From a virus (Duplodnaviria; Caudoviricetes): DNA of 55,803 nt. Positions 36,018 through 45,166 of this stretch are shown in pieces. Every line of letters begins with the position of its first letter. Position 1 is the first letter of the stretch. A program made the translations under genes and the position numbers. The notes beneath the pieces were generated by a model, which was not told the origin of the DNA, did not search any database, and saw nothing but the letters and a program-made list of their open reading frames with translations. The stretch is taken from positions 1 to 55,803 of the IMG/VR virus record IMGVR_UViG_3300016472_000794; one strand, given 5' to 3'.

Positions 36018-36646
36018 TGGGGACGATGGACGCCCTGCGCCGCGCCGCGTCGCTGGTGGCGGATCGCGCGTCGGTCGCGTTGCAGCGAGATCCCCTGACG
36101 GATCTCGTTCTTCGGGCGTCTGGCTTGCCCAAGGTGTCTGCGAGACGGTTTGTCGACTCGGAGGGTGAGCGGGTTCGCCATTACTCCGCCCTGCTCGATC
36201 CCCATGCGATGCTGATCGTCAACGTGACGCGCGAGAAGAGGCTGTTGCCCTCCGTGTCGTGGGATATCGGGCGCAACGATGTTTCGATGGGTCAGATTCC
36301 GCGTCCGGAGCGGGTTCGGCTGGCGCGCGCCGCTGCCGATCTGCTGCCTGAGATTCTCAAGGCCGACAGCCGTCGGCATATGACGACCGCCTATACGTTC
36401 CTGCCCATGGACACCGCAGGGTTTTCGCGCGGCGATTCTGCGTCGCGTATGCGGCTGTATCGGGGGCTGACCGAGCGGGCCGGAAAGGACTGGTCATTCG
36501 TGGAGCCGCGCGATGACAAGCCGCGCATCGTCTGGTCGCCAGCTCTGGGTAAGGACATCGCGGACGGCCTCGCTTCGACGGCCCTCCCCGCGGGTCTTGG
36601 CGCGGCGACCTATGGCGCGCTCGATTACTATGGACGCCCGCGCTGA
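36014..36646 (+). CDS. Hypothetical protein (possible GNAT-like fold), tagged-cargo family
   Basis: MGTMDALRRAA; YTF...SRMRLYR motif; C-terminal AGLGAATYGALDYYGRPR. Confidence 0.6.
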   Translation: MMGTMDALRRAASLVADRASVALQRDPLTDLVLRASGLPKVSARRFVDSEGERVRHYSALLDPHAMLIVNVTREKRLLPSVSWDIGRNDVSMGQIPRPERVRLARAAADLLPEILKADSRRHMTTAYTFLPMDTAGFSRGDSASRMRLYRGLTERAGKDWSFVEPRDDKPRIVWSPALGKDIADGLASTALPAGLGAATYGALDYYGRPR

Positions 36647-37238
36647 TGGGCCTCTTCTCCGCTCTCTCGCGCGCGCGGTTGCCGCTCGGTCGTCTCTCCG
36701 GCGGTGCGATGGGTGTTGCAGACAGCATGCGCCCGCAGTCGGTGATGGAATCGATGTTCCGGTCGCCGGGCGCCGATGCGGTGGAGGGCGCTGTCCGCGC
36801 GTCTATCGAGCCGAGGCCCGGCAATCTTAATCCCTAGTTCGCAATCTAGGGTCGCGACACCAGCCGCTGGACCCCTGCGACATTCGCACGGCGTCTCTCG
36901 CGGCAGGCCAAGACCCCGATCCCGTCGGCCCGTGGGCCTATCGCGACCAGATGGAAGCGATGTGGAGGGCTGGCGCAACCGACCGCGAGGTGGGGCGCGC
37001 CTTCGGTCTGAGCAATCAGTCCGCGTTCACCTGGCGCAAGCAGTGGGGCGTGCCGCCGGGCAGTCAGCCCGCGATCCCGTCGCGCAAGGCGACGCCGCGC
37101 GATCTGGTGCTGGACTACACCGCGCACCTGGAGGACGGCGCGCGGCCCTTCGACGCCCACGGCAAGATGGCGGATGACTACGGCTACGAGCACGGCTCGC
37201 TGTCGCGACAGGATCAGCATTATGGAGTTGCGGCGTGA
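36646..37238 (+). pseudogene. Frameshifted HTH-containing gene, tagged-cargo family
   Basis: MGLFSALSRAR ORF stops at 36837. The -1 frame opens at 36831 and encodes ...WRAGATDREVGRAFGLSNQSAFTWRKQWG (HTH) up to 37238. Confidence 0.5.
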
Positions 37239-37358
37239 GGGTTCTCGATTCGCCGCGCTGAAAGCGTCGACTCAGTTTCGCGCCGTAGTCTCAGCGCACA
37301 CGCCGCGTCACGCGGCCTGCGCCGGACGCTGCGGAGTGCGTCGACCTGAGTTGAGACC

Positions 37359-38465
37359 ATGAACGCCGATTTGCGTGAAACCATGAATGCCCTCATGACC
37401 CGCAGCGAGCCGCCCGCCGGTACGCCTGCGGCGCCTGGCGAAGGCGCGCCATCCAACGCCAGCACTCCGACGCACATCGGTGCAGCCCCGCCCGCATCCG
37501 TTCAATCCCCGCCGGCAGCGCCGCTCTCCGCAGCCCCGCCCGCCGGGGCGCCCGTCGCGCCCGCCGGGACACCTGCGGCGCCGGCCGGCAGTCCGCCGCC
37601 GCTCAGCTATGAAGAACTGCACGCGCGCACCGGGGACCTGCGCGTTGCGCTGGGCCAGGCGCGCCAGCAGCTGCGCGTACGCGACCAGACCATCGAAGAC
37701 ATGCGCACGCAGATGCAGGCCATGGCGGCGCAGGTGCAGGCGCTTGCGGCGAGTCAGCAGGCGCAGCAACAGCAGGCGCAGCAACAGCAGCAGCCGGCCC
37801 TGACCTTCGTCGACCCGAACGCGATCCCGAGCGATCCGCTGTCGGCCCTGGAGCAGATCGCCATCGGCTACAACGCCCTGCTCCAAGAACGTGTGGAGGC
37901 GGATCGACAGTTCCGCCTGCAACAGCAGGCGCAGCAGGAGCGCGCGCGGATTGAGGCGGCGCAAAGCGCTGGCCTGCAGGCTGCAGCCAATGCGCTCATC
38001 GCCGCCGAGCAGGACTTCAAGGCGCTCGTGGCGCCTGACTACGACCTCGCCGCCGAGCACTATGTGCAAAAGCGCATTGAGATGCTGGAGCTGTCTGGTG
38101 ACACGCGCGAGAACGCAGTGAACGCGGTGCAGTGGGAATTGCTGCGCAACGCCGATCTTGCCCAGCGCCAGGGCATTGATCCGGCGCGCGCGATCTATGA
38201 GGCGGCGATCTCCATGGGCTATCAGCCGCGTCGCATGCCCGCCCCCGCGCCCAGCTACGCACCGCCTGTGCAGACCGGCGTCGATCCGCGCCTCGCCAAC
38301 ATCCAGGCCGGACAGCAGGCGGCGAGCCCGATATCGGCCGCGCCGGGTGGCGGCGGGTCCGGCAACCCGCTCGACCTCGCCGCGATCAACGGCTTGTCTG
38401 GCGCCGCATTCACCAGCGCCGCGCAGAAGATGCTGCGCGCGATGCGCGGCCTGCCGACAAACTAG
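37359..38465 (+). CDS. Capsid scaffolding protein
   Basis: Pro/Ala-rich N-terminus, Gln-rich coiled coil, PDYD.A..HY...DPA..IYE.A...GY; just upstream of the capsid gene. Confidence 0.75.
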   Translation: MNADLRETMNALMTRSEPPAGTPAAPGEGAPSNASTPTHIGAAPPASVQSPPAAPLSAAPPAGAPVAPAGTPAAPAGSPPPLSYEELHARTGDLRVALGQARQQLRVRDQTIEDMRTQMQAMAAQVQALAASQQAQQQQAQQQQQPALTFVDPNAIPSDPLSALEQIAIGYNALLQERVEADRQFRLQQQAQQERARIEAAQSAGLQAAANALIAAEQDFKALVAPDYDLAAEHYVQKRIEMLELSGDTRENAVNAVQWELLRNADLAQRQGIDPARAIYEAAISMGYQPRRMPAPAPSYAPPVQTGVDPRLANIQAGQQAASPISAAPGGGGSGNPLDLAAINGLSGAAFTSAAQKMLRAMRGLPTN

Positions 38466-38491
38466 TTCCGTTTCATAGTCCAGCCCGACTT

Positions 38492-38522
38492 ACCGGTCGC
38501 GTGAAAGCGCGGCCGGTTTTTT
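38492..38522 (+). terminator. Terminator-like hairpin overlapping a putative late promoter
   Basis: ACCGGTCGCGT-GAAA-GCGCGGCCGGT followed by a T run. Confidence 0.65.
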
Positions 38523-38717
38523 CTGTCGTATCATCCACGCAGACGCGACCCTGAGAGGAAGCGAGCCTGGCCTGGGGCTTCAATGCAGGCGCCGCGGTGT
38601 GAAGCCGAAAGGTCGATCCCCGCCTCCGCCTCGCGCGAGCGGATCGCGCGCAAAGCTCGCGCTCGCGACCCCCTCACAATTCGATCTTGCCGAAACCCCG
38701 CACGGAGTCTCACGTCC

Positions 38718-39809
38718 ATGTCTCAAAATCACTACCTGACGGGCGATCCCGAGGTGATGAAGTTCTGGTCGAAGCTCGTCCAGACTGAAGCCCTCAAGTC
38801 GACGCAGATGTTCAAGTATTTCGGTGACGACGAGCGCTCGCTCGGCGTTATCCAGTCCGGCCTGTCCAAGGGTGCGGGCGACCGCGTGTCGATGCCGCTG
38901 CGCATGCGCCTGACCGGCGCGGGCGTCACCGAGCTGATGCCGCAGGAAGGCAACGAAGAGGCGATTGTCTCCTACATCGACAACATCACTATCAACGAGC
39001 TGAGCCACGCGGTGCGCCGCCACAAGGGCATCTCCGACCAGCGCGTGCCGTGGGATGTGGGTCTGCAGCTGAGCCAGGCGCTGACCGACTGGTGGGCGGA
39101 GCGCTTCGACGAGATCTGCTTCAACCACCTGTGCGGCTACACGCCGGTGAACGACACCCGCTATACGGGCTTCAACACCGTGCAGGCGCCGTCCTCGGGT
39201 CGCCAGATCTGGTGCTCGACCTCGAACACCACCGACCAGTCGCTCGGCACGTCCGACATCTTCTCGCTCACCCACATCGACCGGGCGCGGGAAATCGCCA
39301 CCACCGGCGGCTCCGGCGGCCTCGTGCGCATGCGCCCGATCAAGGCCTCCATGGCCGACGGCGGCTACGGCGATATGTATGTCTGCTTCCTGCACCCGAG
39401 CCAGGTGACCCAGCTGCGCCAGGGTTCGTCCTCGCAGTGGAAGGAGATCCAGAACAACCTCCTGCAGGGCGGCTACATCCGCGAGAACGGTCTCTTCACG
39501 GGCGCCCTTGGCGTCTACAACAAGACGGTCCTCGTCGAGAGCGAGTTCGTCATGCAGGGCGTCAACTCGTCCACCGGCGCCGCCGTCTCCAACACCCGCC
39601 GCGCGGTCTTCTGCGGCGCCCAGGCGCTGGGCGCGGCCTTCGGCAAGGGCTTCGGCCCGCAGGAGGCGAAGGTGACCGAGGAGCTGTTCGACTACAACCG
39701 CGAGGTTGGCCAGAACCTCCTCAACATCTTCGGGGTCAAGAAGAGCCGCTGGAACAGCATCGACTACGGCACCATCGTGCTGTCGTCCTACGCCGCCCCG
39801 GCCGCCTGA
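38718..39809 (+). CDS. Major capsid protein (N4-gp56/DUF4043-like)
   Basis: LSKGAGDRV...L...L.G.GV...EGNEE, HAVR, YVCFLHPSQ..QLR, LFTGALGVYN, RAVFCGAQA, EELFDY, GVKKSRW. Confidence 0.92.
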   Translation: MSQNHYLTGDPEVMKFWSKLVQTEALKSTQMFKYFGDDERSLGVIQSGLSKGAGDRVSMPLRMRLTGAGVTELMPQEGNEEAIVSYIDNITINELSHAVRRHKGISDQRVPWDVGLQLSQALTDWWAERFDEICFNHLCGYTPVNDTRYTGFNTVQAPSSGRQIWCSTSNTTDQSLGTSDIFSLTHIDRAREIATTGGSGGLVRMRPIKASMADGGYGDMYVCFLHPSQVTQLRQGSSSQWKEIQNNLLQGGYIRENGLFTGALGVYNKTVLVESEFVMQGVNSSTGAAVSNTRRAVFCGAQALGAAFGKGFGPQEAKVTEELFDYNREVGQNLLNIFGVKKSRWNSIDYGTIVLSSYAAPAA

Positions 39810-39896
39810 TTGAGCTGGGCGCCTGCATGATGCGTGCAGGCGCCCGCCGCCCCCTCTTCCCCGCCGCCTGACCCTCACCCTTCTGGAGTAACCCCG

Positions 39897-40310
39897 ATGC
39901 CCGCAAACCCCCGCGAACGGGATCAGTTTCGTCAGCTGACCCACACCATGCGCAAGTATGTGACGTACAGCGACGCCGGCATCGACGCCGGTACGCTGCG
40001 CATGCCAGCCGCGCTGCCCGCTGGATCGATCATCACGCAGGTGATCGTGGATGTGGTGACGGCCTTCAACGCCGGCACCACCAATGTGCTGACGGTCGGC
40101 ACCCAGTCCGGCACCGCCAACGACATCGTCACCGCCGGCGACGTCAACGAAGGTGCGGCCGGCGTCAACAACGTGACCACGTCGGCAGCTATCGGCCACA
40201 TCGGGTCGAGCGCCATCGACCTGTTCATCAAATACGCCCAGACCGGCACTGCCGCCACCGCAGGCGCCGCGCACATCGTGGTGTGTTACATTCCCGACAA
40301 CGACGGCTGA
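39897..40310 (+). CDS. Head decoration/cement protein
   Basis: LPAGSII...VVTAFNAGTTNVLTVG...TGTAATAG; follows the capsid gene. Confidence 0.75.
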   Translation: MPANPRERDQFRQLTHTMRKYVTYSDAGIDAGTLRMPAALPAGSIITQVIVDVVTAFNAGTTNVLTVGTQSGTANDIVTAGDVNEGAAGVNNVTTSAAIGHIGSSAIDLFIKYAQTGTAATAGAAHIVVCYIPDNDG

Positions 40311-40385
40311 TCCGGCGCTTCAGCTTTCGTTAACAGCGGCGCGTGACGGTCTATCCCGTCACGCGCCGTTCTGATTCGAGGGATC

Positions 40386-42056
40386 ATGCCCAAGCACCGG
40401 GTTCTTATCGCCACCCCCGCCTATTCCGGGTCCGTCAAAGTCGATCACGCCGACAGCGTCGAGCGCCTTTTGGCGCTCGCTGGGCCGGATCTGGAGTTCG
40501 CCACCAGCCGCCCCATCGCGGTCGGCGTCCTGCCCCGGGTGCGCAATGTGCTTGCCGCCTACGCCATGGGGCAGGGATTCACCCACATCCTGTTCATCGA
40601 CGACGATATCGGCTTCGACGCCGAGGATGTGCTGCGCATGCTGTCGCACGATGTGGGCATCGTCGCGGCTGTGCCGCAGAAGCGCGTGCGGCGCTGGGAC
40701 GAAGGCAATCCCAAGCTGGCTGTGCGCCTGAAGCGGGATAATCCGAGCTATGACGAGGCCGCCGGCCTCATGGAGGTGCTCGACGTCGCGACCGCCTTCT
40801 GCCTCATCAAGACTGACCTGATGCGCCGCATGCTCGACGCCGGCCGGGTGGAGCGCTTCGTCTATCACACCGTCTCCCGGGAAAATGCGCCGTTCCTTGC
40901 GAAATTTTTCCACTACCCCCTGGAGCCCGTCGATCCCAGCGACGCTGAGTGGGCCTATTGCGAGAGCATCGGAATCGATCCCGCGACGGCGCGGGTTGAT
41001 ATTGGCGAGGACTATGCGTTCACCCGCGCGGCGCGGGCGTTCGGCGAGCGAGTCTATGTGGATGTGGGCGTGCGCCTGCGGCACTGGGACGGTTGCGTCA
41101 TGCATGACTACGCCTTCGCCGACGAGATCAGCCGCATCTATCGCAGCGCCCGCGCCGCCGGCGTCGTGACGAAGGAACCGCAGCGCCTGTCGGTTCTGCT
41201 GCCGACGCGGGGCCGTGTCGAGAGCCTGCGGCGCGCGCTCTATTCCATGGCCGCCACGGCGCGCCGCCCCGAGCTGCTGGAGGTGGTGCTCGGCGTGGAC
41301 TCGGATGACGCCGAGACGCTTTCGTTTGCCTTGTCCCTGCGTGATTTTCCCGTTGCGGTTCGTCCTTGCATTGCGGCGCGCGCGCCGACGCTTGGGCGCC
41401 TGTGGGACTCCCTCGCCTCCTCGGCCACCGGCTCCGCGGTCCTCTGGATGGCCGATGATTTCGTGATCGAGGGGCGAAACTGGGATGACGACCTGCGCGC
41501 GCTGGTCGAGCAGATGCGGGGCGGCCTTGGCCTGGCCTACCTGCCCAATTCCGACGTGCCGGACAGGTTTGTAGGGCTGCCCGCCTTCTCGCGCGCCATG
41601 ATGGAGCGCCTGCGCGCGCTGCAGGGTTTTCTCGTTCCGCCCTGGTTCCCCAACTGGTTCTCCGACACCTGGTTCGATGAGCTGTCCACGTTCACCGGGT
41701 CGCGCCACGCGATCAATGCGCGCGCCGTCGGCGACAGGCCGCCGTCGCATCGTCTGCGCGACCTAGGCTTCTGGCTTGATTTCTTCCACGCCACGCGCCC
41801 GATGCGCGAGGCGGTCGCCCGCCAGCTTCTGGCCGATCTCTACCCGCCCGAGCAGCAGGCGCGCCACCTCGCGCTCTTCCCTGAGCGCCGGCGCCTGTGC
41901 GTCGACAAGCTCGCGCCGCTGTCCAATCCTGCGACCCTCGCCGCACTGGAGGCGCGCGCCGCCGAGTTTGCGCCCGATCCCGCCTACGAGACGACCATGC
42001 GGGCCGCACGCGCCATGCTGCAGCGCTTGGAGTCCGGCGAGGTCGTGGCGGCGTGA
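40386..42056 (+). CDS. Tandem two-domain GT-A glycosyltransferase
   Basis: Domain 1: LIATPAY, LFIDDDI, GEDYAF, LRH. Domain 2: SVLLPTRGR, WMADD, WFSDTW. Confidence 0.85.
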   Translation: MPKHRVLIATPAYSGSVKVDHADSVERLLALAGPDLEFATSRPIAVGVLPRVRNVLAAYAMGQGFTHILFIDDDIGFDAEDVLRMLSHDVGIVAAVPQKRVRRWDEGNPKLAVRLKRDNPSYDEAAGLMEVLDVATAFCLIKTDLMRRMLDAGRVERFVYHTVSRENAPFLAKFFHYPLEPVDPSDAEWAYCESIGIDPATARVDIGEDYAFTRAARAFGERVYVDVGVRLRHWDGCVMHDYAFADEISRIYRSARAAGVVTKEPQRLSVLLPTRGRVESLRRALYSMAATARRPELLEVVLGVDSDDAETLSFALSLRDFPVAVRPCIAARAPTLGRLWDSLASSATGSAVLWMADDFVIEGRNWDDDLRALVEQMRGGLGLAYLPNSDVPDRFVGLPAFSRAMMERLRALQGFLVPPWFPNWFSDTWFDELSTFTGSRHAINARAVGDRPPSHRLRDLGFWLDFFHATRPMREAVARQLLADLYPPEQQARHLALFPERRRLCVDKLAPLSNPATLAALEARAAEFAPDPAYETTMRAARAMLQRLESGEVVAA

Positions 42057-42142
42057 GAAAGCGCGGGCGGCGCTTCTTAGGGTAATCTCGGCGTCCATAG
42101 CGGGCGTTCGGCGCCTGCGCATCCATCACGGAGAGTGCGTTC

Positions 42143-42490
42143 ATGAGCCGTCGCGCCATCAACGAGCAGCGGGCGAAAGATCACCCGGAGTGGCGCAACC
42201 CCACCCACAACCCCGTCTCTCCGATGGTGGCGCGCACGGCCGACGAGGTTTCGGAAGAGAGCCTGCGCCTTTTGCGCGATGAGGTGGCCAACCTGCGTCG
42301 CGACAACGAGACCCTGCGCGAAGAGAATGCGCGGCTGCGCGCGGGCGCGCCGGCGCGCGCGCCGACGCAGGACGAGGTCTTGAACGCCATCGCCAGCGCC
42401 ATTCAGGCGCACGGCGCGGTTCCGCCGGCGGCGACCAGCGGCCCGGTCGTCAAGGAGCCGCGCGTGAAAGCGCAGCGTCGTCGCGCCTGA
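42143..42490 (+). CDS. Small coiled-coil protein
   Basis: GGAGAG RBS; LRDEVANLRRDNETLREENARL. Confidence 0.6.
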   Translation: MSRRAINEQRAKDHPEWRNPTHNPVSPMVARTADEVSEESLRLLRDEVANLRRDNETLREENARLRAGAPARAPTQDEVLNAIASAIQAHGAVPPAATSGPVVKEPRVKAQRRRA

Positions 42491-42496
42491 TCCGGC

Positions 42497-43336
42497 ATGG
42501 CGCTTCCTCCCCTCCCCAAGGTGACAGCTGGCGCGATGGCGGCGCTGTCGCGCCTGCGCCCGTCTGCGGTCGATCCCTATCGCTGGCAGATGCTGGTGCA
42601 GAACGAAGCAGGCGGCGCGCGGCGCCTGATCGATACGATGCGCAAGGGGCATTCATCGTTCAGCGATTCGTCGAAGAACTGGGAGTTTCTGGGCTACGCG
42701 ACGCCAGACGGCGCCTCTAGGCTCAAGACGGACCATAGCCGGATGAGCGTGGGGCTGCCGTTCGTGCCCGCTGACACGGAAGGTCCTCTGATTTTTCACC
42801 ATTCCCATCCGCGCACCGGCTACGCGCCCGCCCTTCTCTCAGTCCCTGACATCAGCGCAACCTTCATGGCCGCCGGCGGGCGCGATCCACGGGGCGTTTC
42901 TGCGGTCGACCGGTATGGCGGCTACAATGCGCTCCTGCGTCACAAGGAAATGCGCGGCGCCAACCTCCCGAAGTCTCTTGTTTTCGATGTGATGCGGGCA
43001 GCCCGGGCAATGACCGACGGCGTGCCGCCTGTCTACGATGGTGAATACACATTTCGGGCGGGCGATTTCATCATGAGCATGGCGATCCAGGATGCGCTGG
43101 AGCGCGCTGGCGCGGCGCGTGCGGTTCGCGCCTTTGATGTCGATCCCTCGGCGCAATTCGCGGCGCCGCTGGCGGACCTGGAGCCTATTGCGGACGATGG
43201 CGTTCATCGCTGGCTGCGCGACCTGGGTGTCAGTCCACAGGCGCTCAAGGTGTGGAGCGCGCCCGCGGTCGCGGGCGGCGGGGCGCTTTCGGCGCTCTCG
43301 CGCGAGGAGCGGCAGCCATCCAGATCCCGCTCGTGA
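42497..43336 (+). CDS. JAB/MPN-like metalloenzyme, tagged-cargo family
   Basis: WE...FHHSHP...LSVPD JAB motif; tags GAMAALSR and AGGGALSALSREER. Confidence 0.65.
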   Translation: MALPPLPKVTAGAMAALSRLRPSAVDPYRWQMLVQNEAGGARRLIDTMRKGHSSFSDSSKNWEFLGYATPDGASRLKTDHSRMSVGLPFVPADTEGPLIFHHSHPRTGYAPALLSVPDISATFMAAGGRDPRGVSAVDRYGGYNALLRHKEMRGANLPKSLVFDVMRAARAMTDGVPPVYDGEYTFRAGDFIMSMAIQDALERAGAARAVRAFDVDPSAQFAAPLADLEPIADDGVHRWLRDLGVSPQALKVWSAPAVAGGGALSALSREERQPSRSRS

Positions 43337-43347
43337 TAGGATGAGAC

Positions 43348-43998
43348 ATGACGACCCGCGCCATCATGAAGACCAAGATCGCCAACGAACTGGCGCGCGC
43401 GGATCTTGACGCCGAGATCGGCGACGCCATCGCCACAGCCATCGATTTCTATCGCTGGAAACGCTTCTGGTTCAACGAGGTGGAGTCCGCCACGTCATCG
43501 ACGTCCAACGGCGTCGAATACTACGATCCTCCGGCGAATTTCCTTAGCGTCGACTTCATCAAGGGAACGCTCGGCGGCCAGACCTGGCCGCTGGAGGAGC
43601 AATCCAACCTCCTTCTGCGCGACTATCGCGCCACCGACGCCAACCAGAGCGGGCGGCCCTTCTACTGGGCCAAGGCCAACGCCCAGTTCCGGCTCTGGCC
43701 GATCCCTGACGACATCTACACGCTGACCTGGTCGGGCCTTCTCGATGTGGCGCCGACGAGCGACAGCGAGACCGACAACCCCTGGATGACGTATGGCGAG
43801 GCGCTGATCCGCGAGCGCGCCCGCGCCGAGGTGCGCATCAATGTCCTGCGGGCGGCGCCCGCAATTCAGGAGGCGGCGCAGCTCGCCTTGGCCGGCGAGG
43901 AGGCGCTGACCATGATCGAGAAGGCGGTCCATCGCCGCCTATCTTCCCAGTCGCGCAAGCGGACCAATACCGGCCGCATTCGCCCGAGCACGTACTGA
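43348..43998 (+). CDS. Head-tail adaptor protein
   Basis: IANELAR.DL..EI.DAI..AI, RFWFNE, GRP.YW, RLWPIPD..YTL, N.W...GEALI. Confidence 0.8.
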   Translation: MTTRAIMKTKIANELARADLDAEIGDAIATAIDFYRWKRFWFNEVESATSSTSNGVEYYDPPANFLSVDFIKGTLGGQTWPLEEQSNLLLRDYRATDANQSGRPFYWAKANAQFRLWPIPDDIYTLTWSGLLDVAPTSDSETDNPWMTYGEALIRERARAEVRINVLRAAPAIQEAAQLALAGEEALTMIEKAVHRRLSSQSRKRTNTGRIRPSTY

Positions 43999-43999
43999 C

Positions 44000-45166
44000 A
44001 TGGGCGTGATGAATATCCTGCGCTCGGCGCGGCGCGCGCTGCGGCCTGACACGACCGCCGCCGCGACCTTCCTTGGCCCGAGCGCGAGGACGTTCGACTG
44101 GGACCGTCTCATCACGGCCTGGCGCGGCGAGCTTGCGGGCGAGGATCGCTACAAGCTCTGGCGCGACACGATGACCACGCGCGCCGGCAATGGCGCATGG
44201 CATCAGGAAATCTCGGACCACGGCGCGGAGTCGACGTTCGACGCGGCGCTGCGCGGAACCGATCCGCGCACGCCGCACTGGGCGCGCATTCGCGACATCC
44301 TCCATCACCCGGGTCTGGAGGCCGCCTATGGCGACCGCCTCATGGCCTTGCCGGTGAAAATCATGGAGCAGCGCCCGAATGACCACCTCCCCGACGCGGC
44401 GATGGTCCTGCGGGGGCGCGACCTCACGCCGGTTGAGATGCGCTTCGGGCGCGGGTTCGCCAATGACCGACCGCACGAGATTTTTTCCGGCAAGCGCATT
44501 GCGCTGCACGAGACCCAGCATGGCGTGCAGGCCCTGGACGGCACGCCCATCGGCGACACCCCGCAGAGGCTGTTTGATGAGGCGACGCAGGCGCAGGCGC
44601 AGCGTCGCTATCTGGAGGCCATCGACCAGGCGCGCACCTATCTCGCGCGCGGCATGGCCGAAAACCCCGCCGAGGCGCTGAGCATGGCGCAGGCGCCGCC
44701 GGCGCGCATCCCCGTGCTGGTCAATAACTGGGACTCCGTCATGCGCGGGCTTGATCGCGATCTCGCGCGGGCGCGGGCCAACCCCTATGCCAACGTCGGC
44801 GATCCGGCGAAATTCGCCAATGAAGGGTACTTGGGCTCTGAGGGCGAACGAGATGCCCGATTGACTCAGGAGAGCGTCGATCTGACCGACGCCAAGCGCG
44901 CCGTCTTCCCGCCCTGGGTGCGCATGCGCTATCTCGGCTATGGCCCAGTGCAGGATGAGCGCAGCCTGATCGTTCACAGCCCGCCTGGGCATGTCGACAA
45001 AAACCAGCGCGCCATCGTCGGCCGCATCCTGCAGGATGACGCCATCGGTCGCGCGCTTGCGGATCTGGTCCGCGCTTCGGCGGCGGGCGGAGGCGCCGCC
45101 TCCGCGCTCGCCATCGCTGATCGCGCGCGCCAGGCGCAGGATCGGCGCCGGGAGTTCGCCGCATGA
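44000..45166 (+). CDS. LPD23-like plus HExxH metallopeptidase domain protein, tagged-cargo family
   Basis: W..T...R..NG.W..EISD, L.HP.L..AY, LHETQHGVQ, Y...GE.DAR; tags GVMNILRS and AGGGAASALA. Confidence 0.7.
   Translation: MGVMNILRSARRALRPDTTAAATFLGPSARTFDWDRLITAWRGELAGEDRYKLWRDTMTTRAGNGAWHQEISDHGAESTFDAALRGTDPRTPHWARIRDILHHPGLEAAYGDRLMALPVKIMEQRPNDHLPDAAMVLRGRDLTPVEMRFGRGFANDRPHEIFSGKRIALHETQHGVQALDGTPIGDTPQRLFDEATQAQAQRRYLEAIDQARTYLARGMAENPAEALSMAQAPPARIPVLVNNWDSVMRGLDRDLARARANPYANVGDPAKFANEGYLGSEGERDARLTQESVDLTDAKRAVFPPWVRMRYLGYGPVQDERSLIVHSPPGHVDKNQRAIVGRILQDDAIGRALADLVRASAAGGGAASALAIADRARQAQDRRREFAA

Noticed and set aside
36835-36849. TAG readthrough or stop-codon reassignment
   Set aside because: A second in-frame TAG follows four codons later, the meaningful continuation is in another frame, and several clear genes end normally in TAG.
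37359-38465. Scaffold termini (ETMNALMTR; GAAFTSAAQKMLRAMRG) as members of the cargo-tag family
   Set aside because: The resemblance is too weak to count, though it is worth including in a formal motif test.
38545-38620. Hammerhead ribozyme or riboswitch (CTGAGAG...GAAA)
   Set aside because: It does not match the CUGANGA core, and I could not build the required stems.
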